This document shows positions 18,785 through 29,457 of a DNA stretch of 64,000 nucleotides, in pieces. The position numbers and the translations under genes are program-made. Source of the stretch: Bacteroidales bacterium (GTDB lineage Bacteria; Bacteroidota; Bacteroidia; Bacteroidales; WCHB1-69); assembly GCA_047638115.1 (NCBI GenBank), contig JBLJBB010000048.1:8606-72605 (forward strand). The letters are read 5' to 3'. Below the pieces are notes generated by a model, which saw only the letters and a list, made by a program, of their open reading frames with translations, was not told the origin of the DNA and did not search any database. Numbering within the stretch: the stretch's first letter is position 1; each line of letters begins with the position of its first letter.

Positions 18785-19201
18785 ATGATACTTTTTCATA
18801 AAGAGACCAATTTTGAATTGAATCAAAAAACAAAGTACAAACATTGGATTAAATCGATTATACTAGACTTAGAGAAAAGGGTAGGGGAGATCAATTATAT
18901 TTTTTGTGATGACGAATATTTGTTGGATATAAATCAAAAATATCTTAAACACGATACGTATACTGATATAATAACATTTGATTATTCTGAAAAAAACGTA
19001 ATTTCTGGAGATATTTTTATAAGTATTGAAAGAGTAAAGGAGAATAGTACACACTTTTCAAAAGGTTTTGAAGAGGAGTTGCACCGCGTTTTAGCACATG
19101 GAATTTTACATTTATGTGGCTTTAAAGACAAAACGGATAAAGAGTCAAAAGAGATGCGCGAAAAAGAAAATTGGGCGATTAAAAAGTTTGAAAATAATTA
19201 A
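18785..19201 (+). CDS. ybeY: rRNA maturation endoribonuclease YbeY
   Basis: HGILHLCGFKD zinc-binding motif; 138 aa. Confidence 0.9.
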   Translation: MILFHKETNFELNQKTKYKHWIKSIILDLEKRVGEINYIFCDDEYLLDINQKYLKHDTYTDIITFDYSEKNVISGDIFISIERVKENSTHFSKGFEEELHRVLAHGILHLCGFKDKTDKESKEMREKENWAIKKFENN

Positions 19202-19261
19202 TAAAAATTTTGTAACAAATAGATAAACAGAAACATATATAGATGTTTCACATGGAACAGT

Positions 19262-21130
19262 ATGAAAATTTCTTATGATATTGTAGTTGTTGGGGCAGGT
19301 CATGCAGGTTGTGAAGCAGCAATGGCAGCAGCAAAATTAGGGTCAAAAACTTTATTAATAACAATGAACTTGGCTCTAGTTGCTCAAATGTCATGTAATC
19401 CTGCAATGGGTGGAATTGCAAAAGGACAAATTGTTCGAGAAATTGATGCCTTAGGTGGATTTTCTGGCATAGTTACAGACAACACAATGGTTCAATTTAG
19501 GATGTTAAATAGATCCAAAGGACCAGCAATGTGGAGCCCAAGAGCCCAAAATGATAAGTATGCATTCTCTCAGTTTTGGAAAAAAATCGTTGAGAATCAA
19601 GAAAACTTAGATTTAAGACAAGATGTAGTAGATCATTTAATAATTCAGAAAAATTGTATTCTTGGGGTAAAAACGGTTCAAGGATTAGAGATATTTGCTC
19701 AAAAAGTGATATTGACTAATGGGACTTTTTTAAATGGGAAAATCCATATAGGAGATATCAATTTCCCAGGAGGAAGAATGGGTGAACAAAATTCATTACA
19801 TATTTCCGATCAATTAAAAGAATTTGGGTTAACCGTTAAGCAACTAAAAACAGGTACTCCTGTTAGGATTGATGGAAGATCTGTCGATTTTAAACAAATG
19901 CAAGAGCAACCTGGAGACGAAAATCCAGCTAAATTTTCTTTTACGAATACACCAAAACTTACTCAACAATTAAGTTGTTGGATCACATATACAGATACAA
20001 TAGTACATGAAATTTTAAGAACAGGTTTCGAAAAATCTCCCATGTTCCAAGGTAGAATTAAAGGTGTAGGCCCTAGATATTGTCCCTCTATAGAAGATAA
20101 AATTGAAAGATTTTCAGATAGAGAGAGACATCAATTATTTTTAGAACCAGAAGGAAGAGATACAAATGAGTATTATTTAAATGGATTTTCATCCTCATTA
20201 CCAGAAAATGTTCAAATTGAAGCGCTTCATAAGATTCCTGGATTACAACAAGCAAAAGTGCTTCGTCCAGGTTATGCTATTGAATACGATTATTTCGATC
20301 CTACAGAACTCTTCGTTTCCTTAGAATCTAAATTGGTTAAAAACTTGTATTTAGCTGGTCAAATAAATGGAACAACCGGTTACGAAGAGGCAGCTTGTCA
20401 AGGACTTTTAGCTGGAATTAATGCACATTTATCCCTAAAAGAAAAAGAACCTCTTGTGTTAAGTAGATCTGAAGCTTATATTGGTGTTTTAATAGATGAT
20501 TTAACAACAAAAGGGGTTCAAGATCCATATCGAATGTTTACCTCAAGAGCGGAGTATCGAATTTTATTAAGACAAGATAATGCAGATTTAAGACTTACAC
20601 CTATAGGACATCAGTTGGGTTTAATAGAAGATCAAAGATTGAAAGATTTGGAAATTAAATATGAAAAACAAAAACAGATTATTCACTTTTTAGAAAACAT
20701 TCAAATCTCACCAGAAACAATAAATTCGTATTTGGAACTAAAAGAGACTCCTCCCATAAATCAAAAGAATAAAATTGCATCAATTTTACTCAGACCTCAA
20801 GTAGATTTAAAAAGTGTTGTTGAAATTTCTATACCAACACAAGAATTTCTTAAAGAAATTGAAAGTAATGAAGAGATTCTGGAGAATGTTGAAATAGCAA
20901 TTAAGTACCAAAGTTATATCATAAAAGAGGAGGAGCTTGCAAATAGAATGAAACAATTAGACCATATTAAAATACCTGCAAATATAAACTACAAAGAGAT
21001 TCCATCTCTCTCATTGGAAGCAAGAGATAAGTTGACAAAAGTGCAACCACAAAATTTAGGGCAAGCATCACGAATCAGTGGGGTCAATCCTTCAGATATT
21101 GCTGTTTTAATGATTTTAATCAATAAATAG
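19262..21130 (+). CDS. mnmG: tRNA uridine 5-carboxymethylaminomethyl modification enzyme MnmG (GidA)
   Basis: [19 protein letters not shown] motif; [11 protein letters not shown]; 622 aa. Confidence 0.95.
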   Translation: MKISYDIVVVGAGHAGCEAAMAAAKLGSKTLLITMNLALVAQMSCNPAMGGIAKGQIVREIDALGGFSGIVTDNTMVQFRMLNRSKGPAMWSPRAQNDKYAFSQFWKKIVENQENLDLRQDVVDHLIIQKNCILGVKTVQGLEIFAQKVILTNGTFLNGKIHIGDINFPGGRMGEQNSLHISDQLKEFGLTVKQLKTGTPVRIDGRSVDFKQMQEQPGDENPAKFSFTNTPKLTQQLSCWITYTDTIVHEILRTGFEKSPMFQGRIKGVGPRYCPSIEDKIERFSDRERHQLFLEPEGRDTNEYYLNGFSSSLPENVQIEALHKIPGLQQAKVLRPGYAIEYDYFDPTELFVSLESKLVKNLYLAGQINGTTGYEEAACQGLLAGINAHLSLKEKEPLVLSRSEAYIGVLIDDLTTKGVQDPYRMFTSRAEYRILLRQDNADLRLTPIGHQLGLIEDQRLKDLEIKYEKQKQIIHFLENIQISPETINSYLELKETPPINQKNKIASILLRPQVDLKSVVEISIPTQEFLKEIESNEEILENVEIAIKYQSYIIKEEELANRMKQLDHIKIPANINYKEIPSLSLEARDKLTKVQPQNLGQASRISGVNPSDIAVLMILINK

Positions 21131-21680
21131 TTAGATAACACCTAAGTAATTGAAAACCAATACTATAAAAACATTTGATTTAAGAAACGATTTTTAAATT
21201 TTAATACTGGAATTCCAAAAAGAATGAAAATCGCTTAAAATTAAAAAAATTGAGTTTTTTCCAAATTTTGGCTTAAATCGTATTATATTTTGACTTATTA
21301 AAGTTCAAAAGAGAAAAATCTTGAGAATTTTGCTTTTCCTTCAAGTGAGATCTCAGAATCTAAAAGTTAACCATATAATTTTCCTTTTCTTTCAGAAAGT
21401 TGTATAGCTGTCATTCTTTTCAATTTTAATTTATTTGACCAAGAAGCATCTATTACATAATTTTTAATTTCCATATTTTCTATTGGTATTAAAGTGCTAA
21501 TATCGTAAAATTTTATCAAAAAAATCAGTTAATTTCACTTTTTTCATCCAAAATATTTTTGTTATAATTGATAATATATATTACGAAGAACAAAAAATTG
21601 GTTGTAAATAATTGAAAATGAAATAAGAATTTTTTTTTTAATTTCTTAAAAAAAAATTTCTCAATTTTGAAAAAATTAGT

Positions 21681-21688
21681 ATATTTGC
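21681..21688 (+). promoter_or_regulatory. -7 box (TAnnTTTG) upstream of the LytTR gene
   Basis: tatatttg, 26 nt upstream of the ATG at 21714. Confidence 0.45.
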
Positions 21689-21713
21689 ATTACAGAGTTA
21701 AAATATTCACATT

Positions 21714-22487
21714 ATGAAAAGCGTGACCGCATTCTTGTATATCGAGAGCCCAGAAACAGAAAAAATTGTTCTTGAAAGTGTTCAAAGTTTTAAATCCGTA
21801 GAGTTGTTAGAAAGTGTAAATGATAAATTTTCATTTCTTGAGAGGGCTCGTGCGCATTGTCCTGATCTTATGTTCATTGAATTTTCAGATCAAATTGAAT
21901 CAAATCTTGAACTTTTTGAGTTGCTAACTAAACCCATATTTTCCATTGCAATTTGTGACGATCCTTTATTGACTCACAAGTTTTTAGATAAAGGATATTT
22001 TGATGTTGTTTCCAAACCTTTAACAAAAGAGCAATTCACGAAGAAAATAGTTAAAGTGATGAAAATGTCTTCAGATATTGTTCAAAGATTTAAAAATGTG
22101 AACATAGTATCATCACCACCACAAACCTATTCTGTTAAAACACACTATTCTAAAGCACTTGCTAATAGTATTTATGTTAAATACAAAAACACAAGGGTAA
22201 AAGTGCCTTACAATGAAATTCTGTATATTTCAAATGTTAAAGAACTCTTGGTTATTGTAACAGATTCGGGAAATAGAATGTTTCATCAAACATCATTAAA
22301 GAAATTCTTAACTTTTTTACCGGAATCAAAGTTTATTAGAATTAATAACAACACTGTCGTCAATTTTCATAAAATTGAGACGTTAACAAATAATGTGATT
22401 TCATTAGGAAATAACATTGAATTCACAGTTTCTCGGATGTATTTAAGCAGACTCAAAGAAACATTAAGAATAAAAGCGAAGTCTTAA
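21714..22487 (+). CDS. LytTR-family DNA-binding regulator with a degenerate receiver-like N-terminus
   Basis: C-terminal LytTR pattern (IYVKYKNTRVKVPYNEILYISN...FIRINNNTVVNFHKI). In the N-terminal CheY-like fold, the usual phospho-Asp context reads DLMFIEF. Confidence 0.75.
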   Translation: MKSVTAFLYIESPETEKIVLESVQSFKSVELLESVNDKFSFLERARAHCPDLMFIEFSDQIESNLELFELLTKPIFSIAICDDPLLTHKFLDKGYFDVVSKPLTKEQFTKKIVKVMKMSSDIVQRFKNVNIVSSPPQTYSVKTHYSKALANSIYVKYKNTRVKVPYNEILYISNVKELLVIVTDSGNRMFHQTSLKKFLTFLPESKFIRINNNTVVNFHKIETLTNNVISLGNNIEFTVSRMYLSRLKETLRIKAKS

Positions 22488-22837
22488 AATCGAGAACATA
22501 CAGCAACAGACTCAACCTTGCCACCAAGAGCAGGGTTGAGTTTATGTACTGTTACTTCAGCATGGATTACTGTTGGGAAATTTGATTGAACCATTTGTAA
22601 TATTTTATAACAGATAGATTCCAAAATATTTACAGGTTGATCCATTATTTTTTTAACTTCTAGATATACTAATTGATAGTTAACAGTTTTTGTAATATCA
22701 TCATTTTGAGCAGCATAGGTGATGTCAACCGTAAGTTTTAGATCAACTTTAAAACGCGTTCCAATGATTTTTTCTTCTGCAAAACAACCATGAAGTGCAT
22801 AAAACTCCATTCCAGAAATTACAATTTCGCTATACAT
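22484..22837 (-). CDS. folB: Dihydroneopterin aldolase
   Basis: 117 aa, MEFYALHGCFAEEKIIGTRFKVDL...TVNY pattern. Confidence 0.85.
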   Translation of the reverse strand: MYSEIVISGMEFYALHGCFAEEKIIGTRFKVDLKLTVDITYAAQNDDITKTVNYQLVYLEVKKIMDQPVNILESICYKILQMVQSNFPTVIHAEVTVHKLNPALGGKVESVAVCSRF

Positions 22838-22845
22838 TTTTTGAA

Positions 22846-24654
22846 TTAGTTTTGTTGTTTACTAGCACGTTTTCTTTCATTTTCATCTAAAAGAATCTTT
22901 CTTAACCGAAGATTTCTTGGAGTGATTTCAAGATATTCATCTTTATTAATAATCTCCATATACTCTTCCAAAGACAACTTAATTGGGGGAGCAATTCTCG
23001 TTTTATCATCAGATCCAGAAGCTCTCATATTGGTCAATTTTTTTGATTTACAAACATTAACAATGAGATCGTCTTGTCTGATTGATTCACCAATAACTTG
23101 GCCAGCATATACATTATCACCTGGATCAATATAGAAAGAACCTCTATCTTGTAGTTTATCAATAGAATAAGCATAAGATTGACCTGTTTCCATAGCAATT
23201 AAAGCACCAGCATGGCGACCAGGAATATCACCTTTCCAAGGTTCAAAATTGATAAAACGGTGAGACATAATAGCTTCCCCTTCTGTAGCGGTCAAAATTT
23301 GATTTCTTAAACCAATAATACCCCTTGATGGGATTTTAAAATCTAAATGGATACGGTCATTTATGGATTCAAGAGAAATCAGATCACCTCTTCTTCTTGA
23401 AACATAGTCAATGACACGACTTTGAAACTCCTCTGGAACCAGAACTGTAAGCTGTTCAATGGGTTCATGTAGCACACCATCAACTACTTTTGTAATTACT
23501 TGAGGTTGACCAACTTGAAGTTCATAACCTTCACGACGCATCGTTTCAATTAAAATAGAAAGGTGTAGTATCCCTCTTCCGTAAACATTAAGCATATCAG
23601 GAGAGTTTGTTTCTTCAATGCGCATAGCAAGATTTTTCTCTAATTCAGAGAAGAGTCGATCACGTAAGTGTCTGGAAGTTACGTATTTCCCATCAAGACC
23701 AAAGAAAGGAGATGTGTTTATTGTAAACAACATGCTCATGGTTGGTTCATCAATTTTCAAAGGAGTAAGTTGTTCAGGGTTTTCAAAATCTGCAACAGTA
23801 TCCCCAATTTCAAAATCATCAAGACCTAAAATTGCGCAAATCTCACCAGGATAAACGGTTTCTTTCATTTTTTCTTTACCAAGACCCTCAAAAACGTAAA
23901 GTTCTTTAATTTTATTTGGAATAATTTTTCCATTTCTTTTCACTAAGGAAACGTTTTGTCCCCAAGTTAAAGTACCTCTTTTGAGTCTACCAATAGCAAT
24001 TCTTCCAACATAAGAGGAGTAGTCTAAGGAGGAGATCATCATTTGAAGGGATCCTTCTTCTGCTTTATCATCAGGAATGTGTTCAACGATTTGATCTAAT
24101 AAGTAAGCAATATCTGTTGTTGGATTTTTCCAATCAGGACCCATCCAACCATTTTTTGCAGAGCCATATACAGTTGGAAAATCTAGCTGATCATCATTTG
24201 CTCCTAGATTGAACATCAATTCAAAAACAGCTTCTTGTGCATATTCTGGATTACAATTTGGTTTATCCACTTTATTTATAACAACGATAGGTTTTAAACC
24301 TAATTCAATAGCTTTTTGAGTAACAAAACGAGTTTGAGGCATTGGCCCTTCAAAGGCATCAACAACAAGAAGAACGCCATCAGCCATATTTAAAACTCTT
24401 TCAACTTCACCACCAAAATCACTGTGACCAGGAGTATCGATCACATTTATTTTGTAGTCTTTGTATCTTACAGAAACATTTTTTGACAAAATGGTGATTC
24501 CTCTTTCTCTTTCCAAATCGTTACTATCTAAAAGTAGATCTTGAACTTCTTGATTAGCTCTAAAAAGGTTGGATTGAAATAGAATTCTGTCAACTAATGT
24601 TGTTTTGCCATGGTCAACGTGTGCAATGATGGCAATGTTTTTAATTTTTTGCAT
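22846..24654 (-). CDS. typA: Translational GTPase TypA/BipA
   Basis: IKNIAIIAHVDHGKTTLVD, DTPGHSDFGGEVER, NKVDK; 602 aa. Confidence 0.95.
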   Translation of the reverse strand: MQKIKNIAIIAHVDHGKTTLVDRILFQSNLFRANQEVQDLLLDSNDLERERGITILSKNVSVRYKDYKINVIDTPGHSDFGGEVERVLNMADGVLLVVDAFEGPMPQTRFVTQKAIELGLKPIVVINKVDKPNCNPEYAQEAVFELMFNLGANDDQLDFPTVYGSAKNGWMGPDWKNPTTDIAYLLDQIVEHIPDDKAEEGSLQMMISSLDYSSYVGRIAIGRLKRGTLTWGQNVSLVKRNGKIIPNKIKELYVFEGLGKEKMKETVYPGEICAILGLDDFEIGDTVADFENPEQLTPLKIDEPTMSMLFTINTSPFFGLDGKYVTSRHLRDRLFSELEKNLAMRIEETNSPDMLNVYGRGILHLSILIETMRREGYELQVGQPQVITKVVDGVLHEPIEQLTVLVPEEFQSRVIDYVSRRRGDLISLESINDRIHLDFKIPSRGIIGLRNQILTATEGEAIMSHRFINFEPWKGDIPGRHAGALIAMETGQSYAYSIDKLQDRGSFYIDPGDNVYAGQVIGESIRQDDLIVNVCKSKKLTNMRASGSDDKTRIAPPIKLSLEEYMEIINKDEYLEITPRNLRLRKILLDENERKRASKQQN

Positions 24655-24672
24655 TTATTTTTATGAATTAAT

Positions 24673-25566
24673 TTAAGTTCTTAGTTTTAAACCAGCAATT
24701 AATGTGTCTGGTTTTAAATTCATTACAGCTCTCATTTCTCCCGACATGCAGAAGCCACATGAATCACATAAGTTTAAAGTTTTTCCTTCGCATTCACCCC
24801 TTTTTGTACCGTCAGGATGGATAAAGTTTGAAAGATGGCAATATTTATTTGAGATATCTTTTTTCATGTATTTAAGTCCAGAAACAGAATTCATGATAGG
24901 ATATCCCATTTTTTTTAGTTTAATAACCTCATTAAGAACAGTTTCACGTTGTTCTGGTGAAAGCATTAGAGTTTCAGTTCCTGGGAAAGGAGTATGGAGG
25001 TTGATCGCAATAGATTTTAATTTTGGATTGTTTTTAACCCATTCAATGGTATCTTTAACATTAGAAAAATTCACATTATTGACCACCATATTGGTATGTA
25101 AATTGGAATGATCAGATAGAGTAATATTCTTTTCTAATTTTTCAAAAGCACCAGAACCACGAATTGCATCATGAAATGAACCAATTCCATCCAAGCTGAT
25201 CCATATTGAATCGGCAAGTGACCCTGAAATGGGGAGTTGTGCGTTAGTGGTTACTGTTGTAGAAAAAAATCCAATTTTTTTAGCAAGAAGTAAAAGATCA
25301 TTAATGTTTTTATCATTTTCTTTCCATAAAAATGGCTCACCACCTTCAAAATCAACAAATCTAGAACCCAGTTTATAAGAATATTCTAACTCCTCTTTGA
25401 TTTGATCATACGATTTGGAAATAATATGGTCTTTACTATAAACACAACAATGTCGACACTCTAAATTACATTCATTGGTTATAAAAAGAACCGTTTGTAG
25501 AGGTTTCTTTTGACCGAAAAATTTGGTTTTAACATACCAAATGGGGAGGTAGATATATGGTTTCAT
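24673..25566 (-). CDS. Radical SAM protein with a C-terminal Cys cluster (SPASM/twitch-like)
   Basis: CNLECRHC (CxxxCxxC). C-terminal CEGKTLNLCDSCGFC. The start is trimmed to the ATG at 25564-25566, which overlaps the upstream TGA (ATGA); the longer tracked ORF would overlap the prenyltransferase by 90 nt. Confidence 0.75.
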   Translation of the reverse strand: MKPYIYLPIWYVKTKFFGQKKPLQTVLFITNECNLECRHCCVYSKDHIISKSYDQIKEELEYSYKLGSRFVDFEGGEPFLWKENDKNINDLLLLAKKIGFFSTTVTTNAQLPISGSLADSIWISLDGIGSFHDAIRGSGAFEKLEKNITLSDHSNLHTNMVVNNVNFSNVKDTIEWVKNNPKLKSIAINLHTPFPGTETLMLSPEQRETVLNEVIKLKKMGYPIMNSVSGLKYMKKDISNKYCHLSNFIHPDGTKRGECEGKTLNLCDSCGFCMSGEMRAVMNLKPDTLIAGLKLRT

Positions 25567-26567
25567 AAATGGGAAAAGATTGCTATTAAAACACAGATTA
25601 AACAAAAGTAAATAATGATATTCCTTGCTGTATACCAGCGAATCATAAACCATCCAATACCTGCAGCATGAACTTCATTCCATTGTTCCATAGGATGATG
25701 AAACCATTTTCTGGGAACTTCCTTAGTCGGATTTTTTTGAAAATCAAGAATAGATAAATAAAGTGAAATGGCCAGTGGAAGAACCAACAGTGTAAGAAGA
25801 AATGGAATAGGGATCATTTTAAACACTACCGCTAAAATGATAATTAGAAATGGGGAGAAAATAAATATGAAAGAGAAAAAATTCATCCATTTTTTGTTAT
25901 TCAAAACAACAGCTAATGTTTTTTTATGGATCAATTTATCGGGTTCAAAATCAAGAATAGCGTGCGTAAACAGGACGTTAGAAACCAAGATACCTACAGG
26001 GAAAGAAATGATGAATAGCGTCATACTAAAAGTACCTGCTGCCGCAATATAAACACCTTGCATAAGGAGTGGTCCAAAAAGTAAAGCTAATGAAATCTCT
26101 CCTAATCCTCTATAACTGAATCGAAAAGGCCAAGCTGAATAGAAAAATCCAATTATTGCGGTAATTCCAACAACTACAAGAATTAATTTGATTTGATCAA
26201 AGCGAAATATTGAGATGATTATTCCAAAAAAAATGGCAATTATAGAAAATATAAAAGCAGCTTTGAACAATTGTGATAATGTTGCAGAACCGTCTGTAAG
26301 GTAGCTACATTTTGCAATTCGGGCTCGTATCCCTTTTGAAGCAAGTCGGTCCTTATATGATGAGTCATTTTTTTTAGCATCAAAATAATCATCTAATAAA
26401 TTAGAACCAAGGTGAGCAAAAGCCACACCAAATATAGCAAAAATAGCTAATAAAAAAGAAAACTGTTGACTTTGAGATGCAAAAGCAACAGCTACAAGAG
26501 CGGGGAGTAAACTTTGTGGTAATGCAGCGTATCGTGCATTTTTAAACCAAAATAAAAATGTTTTCAT
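25563..26567 (-). CDS. UbiA-superfamily (MenA-like) prenyltransferase
   Basis: 334 aa, ~8-9 TM helices. N-terminal WFKNARYAALPQS... and the Asp-rich motif NLLDDYFDAKKND. Confidence 0.7.
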   Translation of the reverse strand: MKTFLFWFKNARYAALPQSLLPALVAVAFASQSQQFSFLLAIFAIFGVAFAHLGSNLLDDYFDAKKNDSSYKDRLASKGIRARIAKCSYLTDGSATLSQLFKAAFIFSIIAIFFGIIISIFRFDQIKLILVVVGITAIIGFFYSAWPFRFSYRGLGEISLALLFGPLLMQGVYIAAAGTFSMTLFIISFPVGILVSNVLFTHAILDFEPDKLIHKKTLAVVLNNKKWMNFFSFIFIFSPFLIIILAVVFKMIPIPFLLTLLVLPLAISLYLSILDFQKNPTKEVPRKWFHHPMEQWNEVHAAGIGWFMIRWYTARNIIIYFCLICVLIAIFSHL

Positions 26568-26578
26568 TTATTAGAAAA

Positions 26579-26833
26579 CTATTCCTGTGAAGGTTTTGTT
26601 TTAGGGTGATACATTATGGCAAAAATACCAGTAATTAGCCCGATTAACATAATAATCGGAGCAACTACGATTCTACGTGTGCTGAAGATTTCTGGATTAA
26701 AAACATTAGGGTCTTCAGAACCGCCACCTGCTAATAAAATGTACCCTATAGCTAAAATAACTATTCCAACAATCATAAGGATATAGTTAAATTTTCTAAA
26801 TATTGGTGGGGAGTTTTTTTGTGAATTTGACAT
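26579..26833 (-). CDS. Small membrane protein (DUF3098-like) next to ftsX
   Basis: 84 aa with two TM helices. The position downstream of ftsX on the minus strand is conserved in Bacteroidota as far as I recall. Confidence 0.55.
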   Translation of the reverse strand: MSNSQKNSPPIFRKFNYILMIVGIVILAIGYILLAGGGSEDPNVFNPEIFSTRRIVVAPIIMLIGLITGIFAIMYHPKTKPSQE

Positions 26834-26843
26834 ATTAAAAATT

Positions 26844-27728
26844 TTATAGATATAATCGATCTGTATTAATACTAATATATTTATTTACAGAGGATAACGA
26901 AATTAAAACGGTAAAAAGTATGGAGAAAAGAAATAGCCCTCCAAGAATTGAGGAGATGTAAAGGATATTTGAGAAATCAACAAATTCAGGAAGAAGAATA
27001 TTGCCTTGATACACTAACAATGCTAAAAATATAATTGCAAAAAACCCGCCCCATACACCTTGAATAAAACCTTTGAATATAAAGGGACGACGTACGAAGT
27101 TTCTTGTTGCACCAACGAGTAACATTGATCTGATACTAAATCTTTTGGCGTAAATCGTTAATCTCAAATAGTTTCCAATGAGCAACATTGAAATGATCAT
27201 AAAAGCAGTACAAAGAACAAATATGATCACCTGGATTTTAACAAAATTGTTTAATACAGCTTTGACAATTGCATCAGAATATTGAACATCTTGAACAATA
27301 CTTGTGTTTTTTATTCTTTTAGCAACTTGTGTAAGAGAATCTCCATTTGCGTATTCTGGAGTAACACTTATGATTACAGAAGCGTTAATAGGATTAGAGA
27401 TGATTTCGGTGTAGTCATTCCCAATTGTTTTAATAGCTTCTTTTGTATTTTCAATTTGTGAAGAAAAACGAGATGATGAAATATAGTGTTCCATTTTTAG
27501 TTTTTGTTCAAAAGCCATTATATCAGCTTCTTTAACATCTGCATAAAACAAAACTTCAATTTCGATTTTTTTGGAAAGATTATTGATAAATTGATACGAA
27601 AAGAAAGCAAAGAAAACTAAAGTGCCAATAAAAAACATGGTCAAAGCAAGACTAAATATAGAGCCAAAAGCAGAAAGCTTCAATCTTGCTTTGGTTATTT
27701 TATCTATCGAATCTGAGTATCTCGTCAT
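26844..27728 (-). CDS. ftsX: Cell-division permease-like protein FtsX
   Basis: 294 aa. One N-terminal TM, a periplasmic domain, then three C-terminal TMs (FtsX fold). Confidence 0.75.
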   Translation of the reverse strand: MTRYSDSIDKITKARLKLSAFGSIFSLALTMFFIGTLVFFAFFSYQFINNLSKKIEIEVLFYADVKEADIMAFEQKLKMEHYISSSRFSSQIENTKEAIKTIGNDYTEIISNPINASVIISVTPEYANGDSLTQVAKRIKNTSIVQDVQYSDAIVKAVLNNFVKIQVIIFVLCTAFMIISMLLIGNYLRLTIYAKRFSIRSMLLVGATRNFVRRPFIFKGFIQGVWGGFFAIIFLALLVYQGNILLPEFVDFSNILYISSILGGLFLFSILFTVLISLSSVNKYISINTDRLYL

Positions 27729-27760
27729 TTTTGAAAGGTTGTTATACTTTTTAGATAATA

Positions 27761-28684
27761 TTATTTAAGTTCAAAAGCTGTTTCACCGAGTAAAAGATTG
27801 TCAGTGTAAACTTGAATAGTATATCTCCCTTTAACGGCTTTATCTTTCTCTTTAAGATCCCAAAGAAGAGTAATAACCTCAGATTTTCCAGTATAGTTTA
27901 TGGTTTTTTTAACAGAGTATTGAAGTCTTTGATCATTGTAGTTAAATGAGAAAGCATCTCCAGCTCCAGGAGTAAGTACTCTACCTGTTTCAGGTATAGC
28001 AATTCTGCAATATACATTTACAGGACCATCAGGAATAAGTGTATTTTCACTAAGGATAAAAGATGTTTTTATTTGTGTAACTCTACTCGCTTTTTCTGTG
28101 ATTACTTCTTCCCCTTTTCTTTTGAAATATAGAGGACGAGCATGAACATTATATGCTCTATGAATTGCAGCTTCATTAATTTTTTTATTTAGCGACTCTT
28201 TATCTTGTTGTAAATTAGCAGATTCCACTTTTGATTCAGCCAATTGTGTTTTTACCTGAGTGTTTTCCTCTTTTAGTCGTTTATTTTCAGTGTAAAGTTG
28301 GTCAATTTCAGTAACATATTCTTGAGCAATGTTTTGTAAACGAGCAAGTTGTTTTTTAATTTTTCTATAATCTCCTTGAGAATTGATCAATCTTTTAATC
28401 TCTTCTGCATTTGCAAGGATCAAACTATCTTTTTCTGTAAGTTGATCTGAAAGATCTCCATATTCTTGTTTGATTTTGTCATGTTCCAACAATAAAGCAT
28501 CTAATTCAGATTGTAAATTTTCTTTTTCTTCAATGGTTTGAATAAACTGTTGATTAAAAACAGGTTTTGCAAAGAAACCAAAATAGAGTGTTGTACTTAA
28601 GAAAAGTAATGATAAAACACTTAATAAAACAACCCATTTTTTTAATGGATTTTTTTCTTCATTTTGTGAGCTAAAAGTTGTCAT
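27761..28684 (-). CDS. Membrane-anchored coiled-coil protein, function unknown
   Basis: N-terminal TM, ~130 aa of heptad-rich sequence, C-terminal beta-rich domain. Confidence 0.5.
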   Translation of the reverse strand: MTTFSSQNEEKNPLKKWVVLLSVLSLLFLSTTLYFGFFAKPVFNQQFIQTIEEKENLQSELDALLLEHDKIKQEYGDLSDQLTEKDSLILANAEEIKRLINSQGDYRKIKKQLARLQNIAQEYVTEIDQLYTENKRLKEENTQVKTQLAESKVESANLQQDKESLNKKINEAAIHRAYNVHARPLYFKRKGEEVITEKASRVTQIKTSFILSENTLIPDGPVNVYCRIAIPETGRVLTPGAGDAFSFNYNDQRLQYSVKKTINYTGKSEVITLLWDLKEKDKAVKGRYTIQVYTDNLLLGETAFELK

Positions 28685-28758
28685 AATATATAATATTTGT
28701 TATATTTTTGTCTTCTACTAATTACGAACTGCAAAAGTACTAATAAAATTGCATTTAA

Positions 28759-29457
28759 ATGAAAAAAATCGCAACAATACTCGAAAACCTATTCTCTTTT
28801 TTTTATCCACGTTTATGCGTATCTTGTAACAATACATTAAGAACAAAAGAAAAGTTTTTTTGTTTACATTGCCAATGTAATCTTCCCGAGACAAATTATC
28901 ATGAATTGGATAACCACCCACTTTTGTACACCTTTATGGGTCGAGTAAACGTTCAATTCACGGCAAGTTATCTTTTTTACAGAAAAGGGAATCTCGTTCA
29001 ACACATTTTACATGAATTGAAATACAAAGGGAATAAAGAGTTAGGGGAGTATTTAGGGTTCAATTATGGGGTTCAATTAAAAGATTTTTTAAAGGATCAA
29101 AAAGTTGATTTTATTTTACCCATTCCACTTCATAAAAAAAAAGAAAAAAAGAGGGGGTATAACCAAAGCGAATGGATTGCTAAGGGATTAAGTAAAGGAT
29201 TGGAGATTCCATATTTATCTGATGTATTGTTGAGGGTCGATTTTACAGAAACTCAAACCAGAAAAAGTAGGTTTAACAGATGGGAAAATGTAAAAAATGT
29301 GTTTCAAGTTCAAAACGAAAAGTTGATAAAGAACAAGCATGTTTTAGTTTGCGATGACGTCTTAACAACAGGAGCAACCATGGAAGCAGCTCTAAAAGAG
29401 TTGATTAAAGTTGAGGGTGTTTCAGTAAGCGTAATTACTCTTGCTGTGACGGGGTAG
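28759..29457 (+). CDS. comF: ComF-family phosphoribosyltransferase-like protein
   Basis: N-terminal Cys pairs (CVSC...CLHC); PRTase motif VLVCDDVLTTGAT. Confidence 0.8.
   Translation: MKKIATILENLFSFFYPRLCVSCNNTLRTKEKFFCLHCQCNLPETNYHELDNHPLLYTFMGRVNVQFTASYLFYRKGNLVQHILHELKYKGNKELGEYLGFNYGVQLKDFLKDQKVDFILPIPLHKKKEKKRGYNQSEWIAKGLSKGLEIPYLSDVLLRVDFTETQTRKSRFNRWENVKNVFQVQNEKLIKNKHVLVCDDVLTTGATMEAALKELIKVEGVSVSVITLAVTG

Noticed and set aside
21367-21474. 35-codon minus-strand ORF (MEIKNYVIDASWSNKLKLKRMTAIQLSERKGKLYG) in the mnmG-LytTR intergenic region
   Set aside because: There is no recognisable motif and no obvious promoter box or ribosome-binding context, and its length is within chance expectation. 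It is noted only as something for Ribo-seq to decide.
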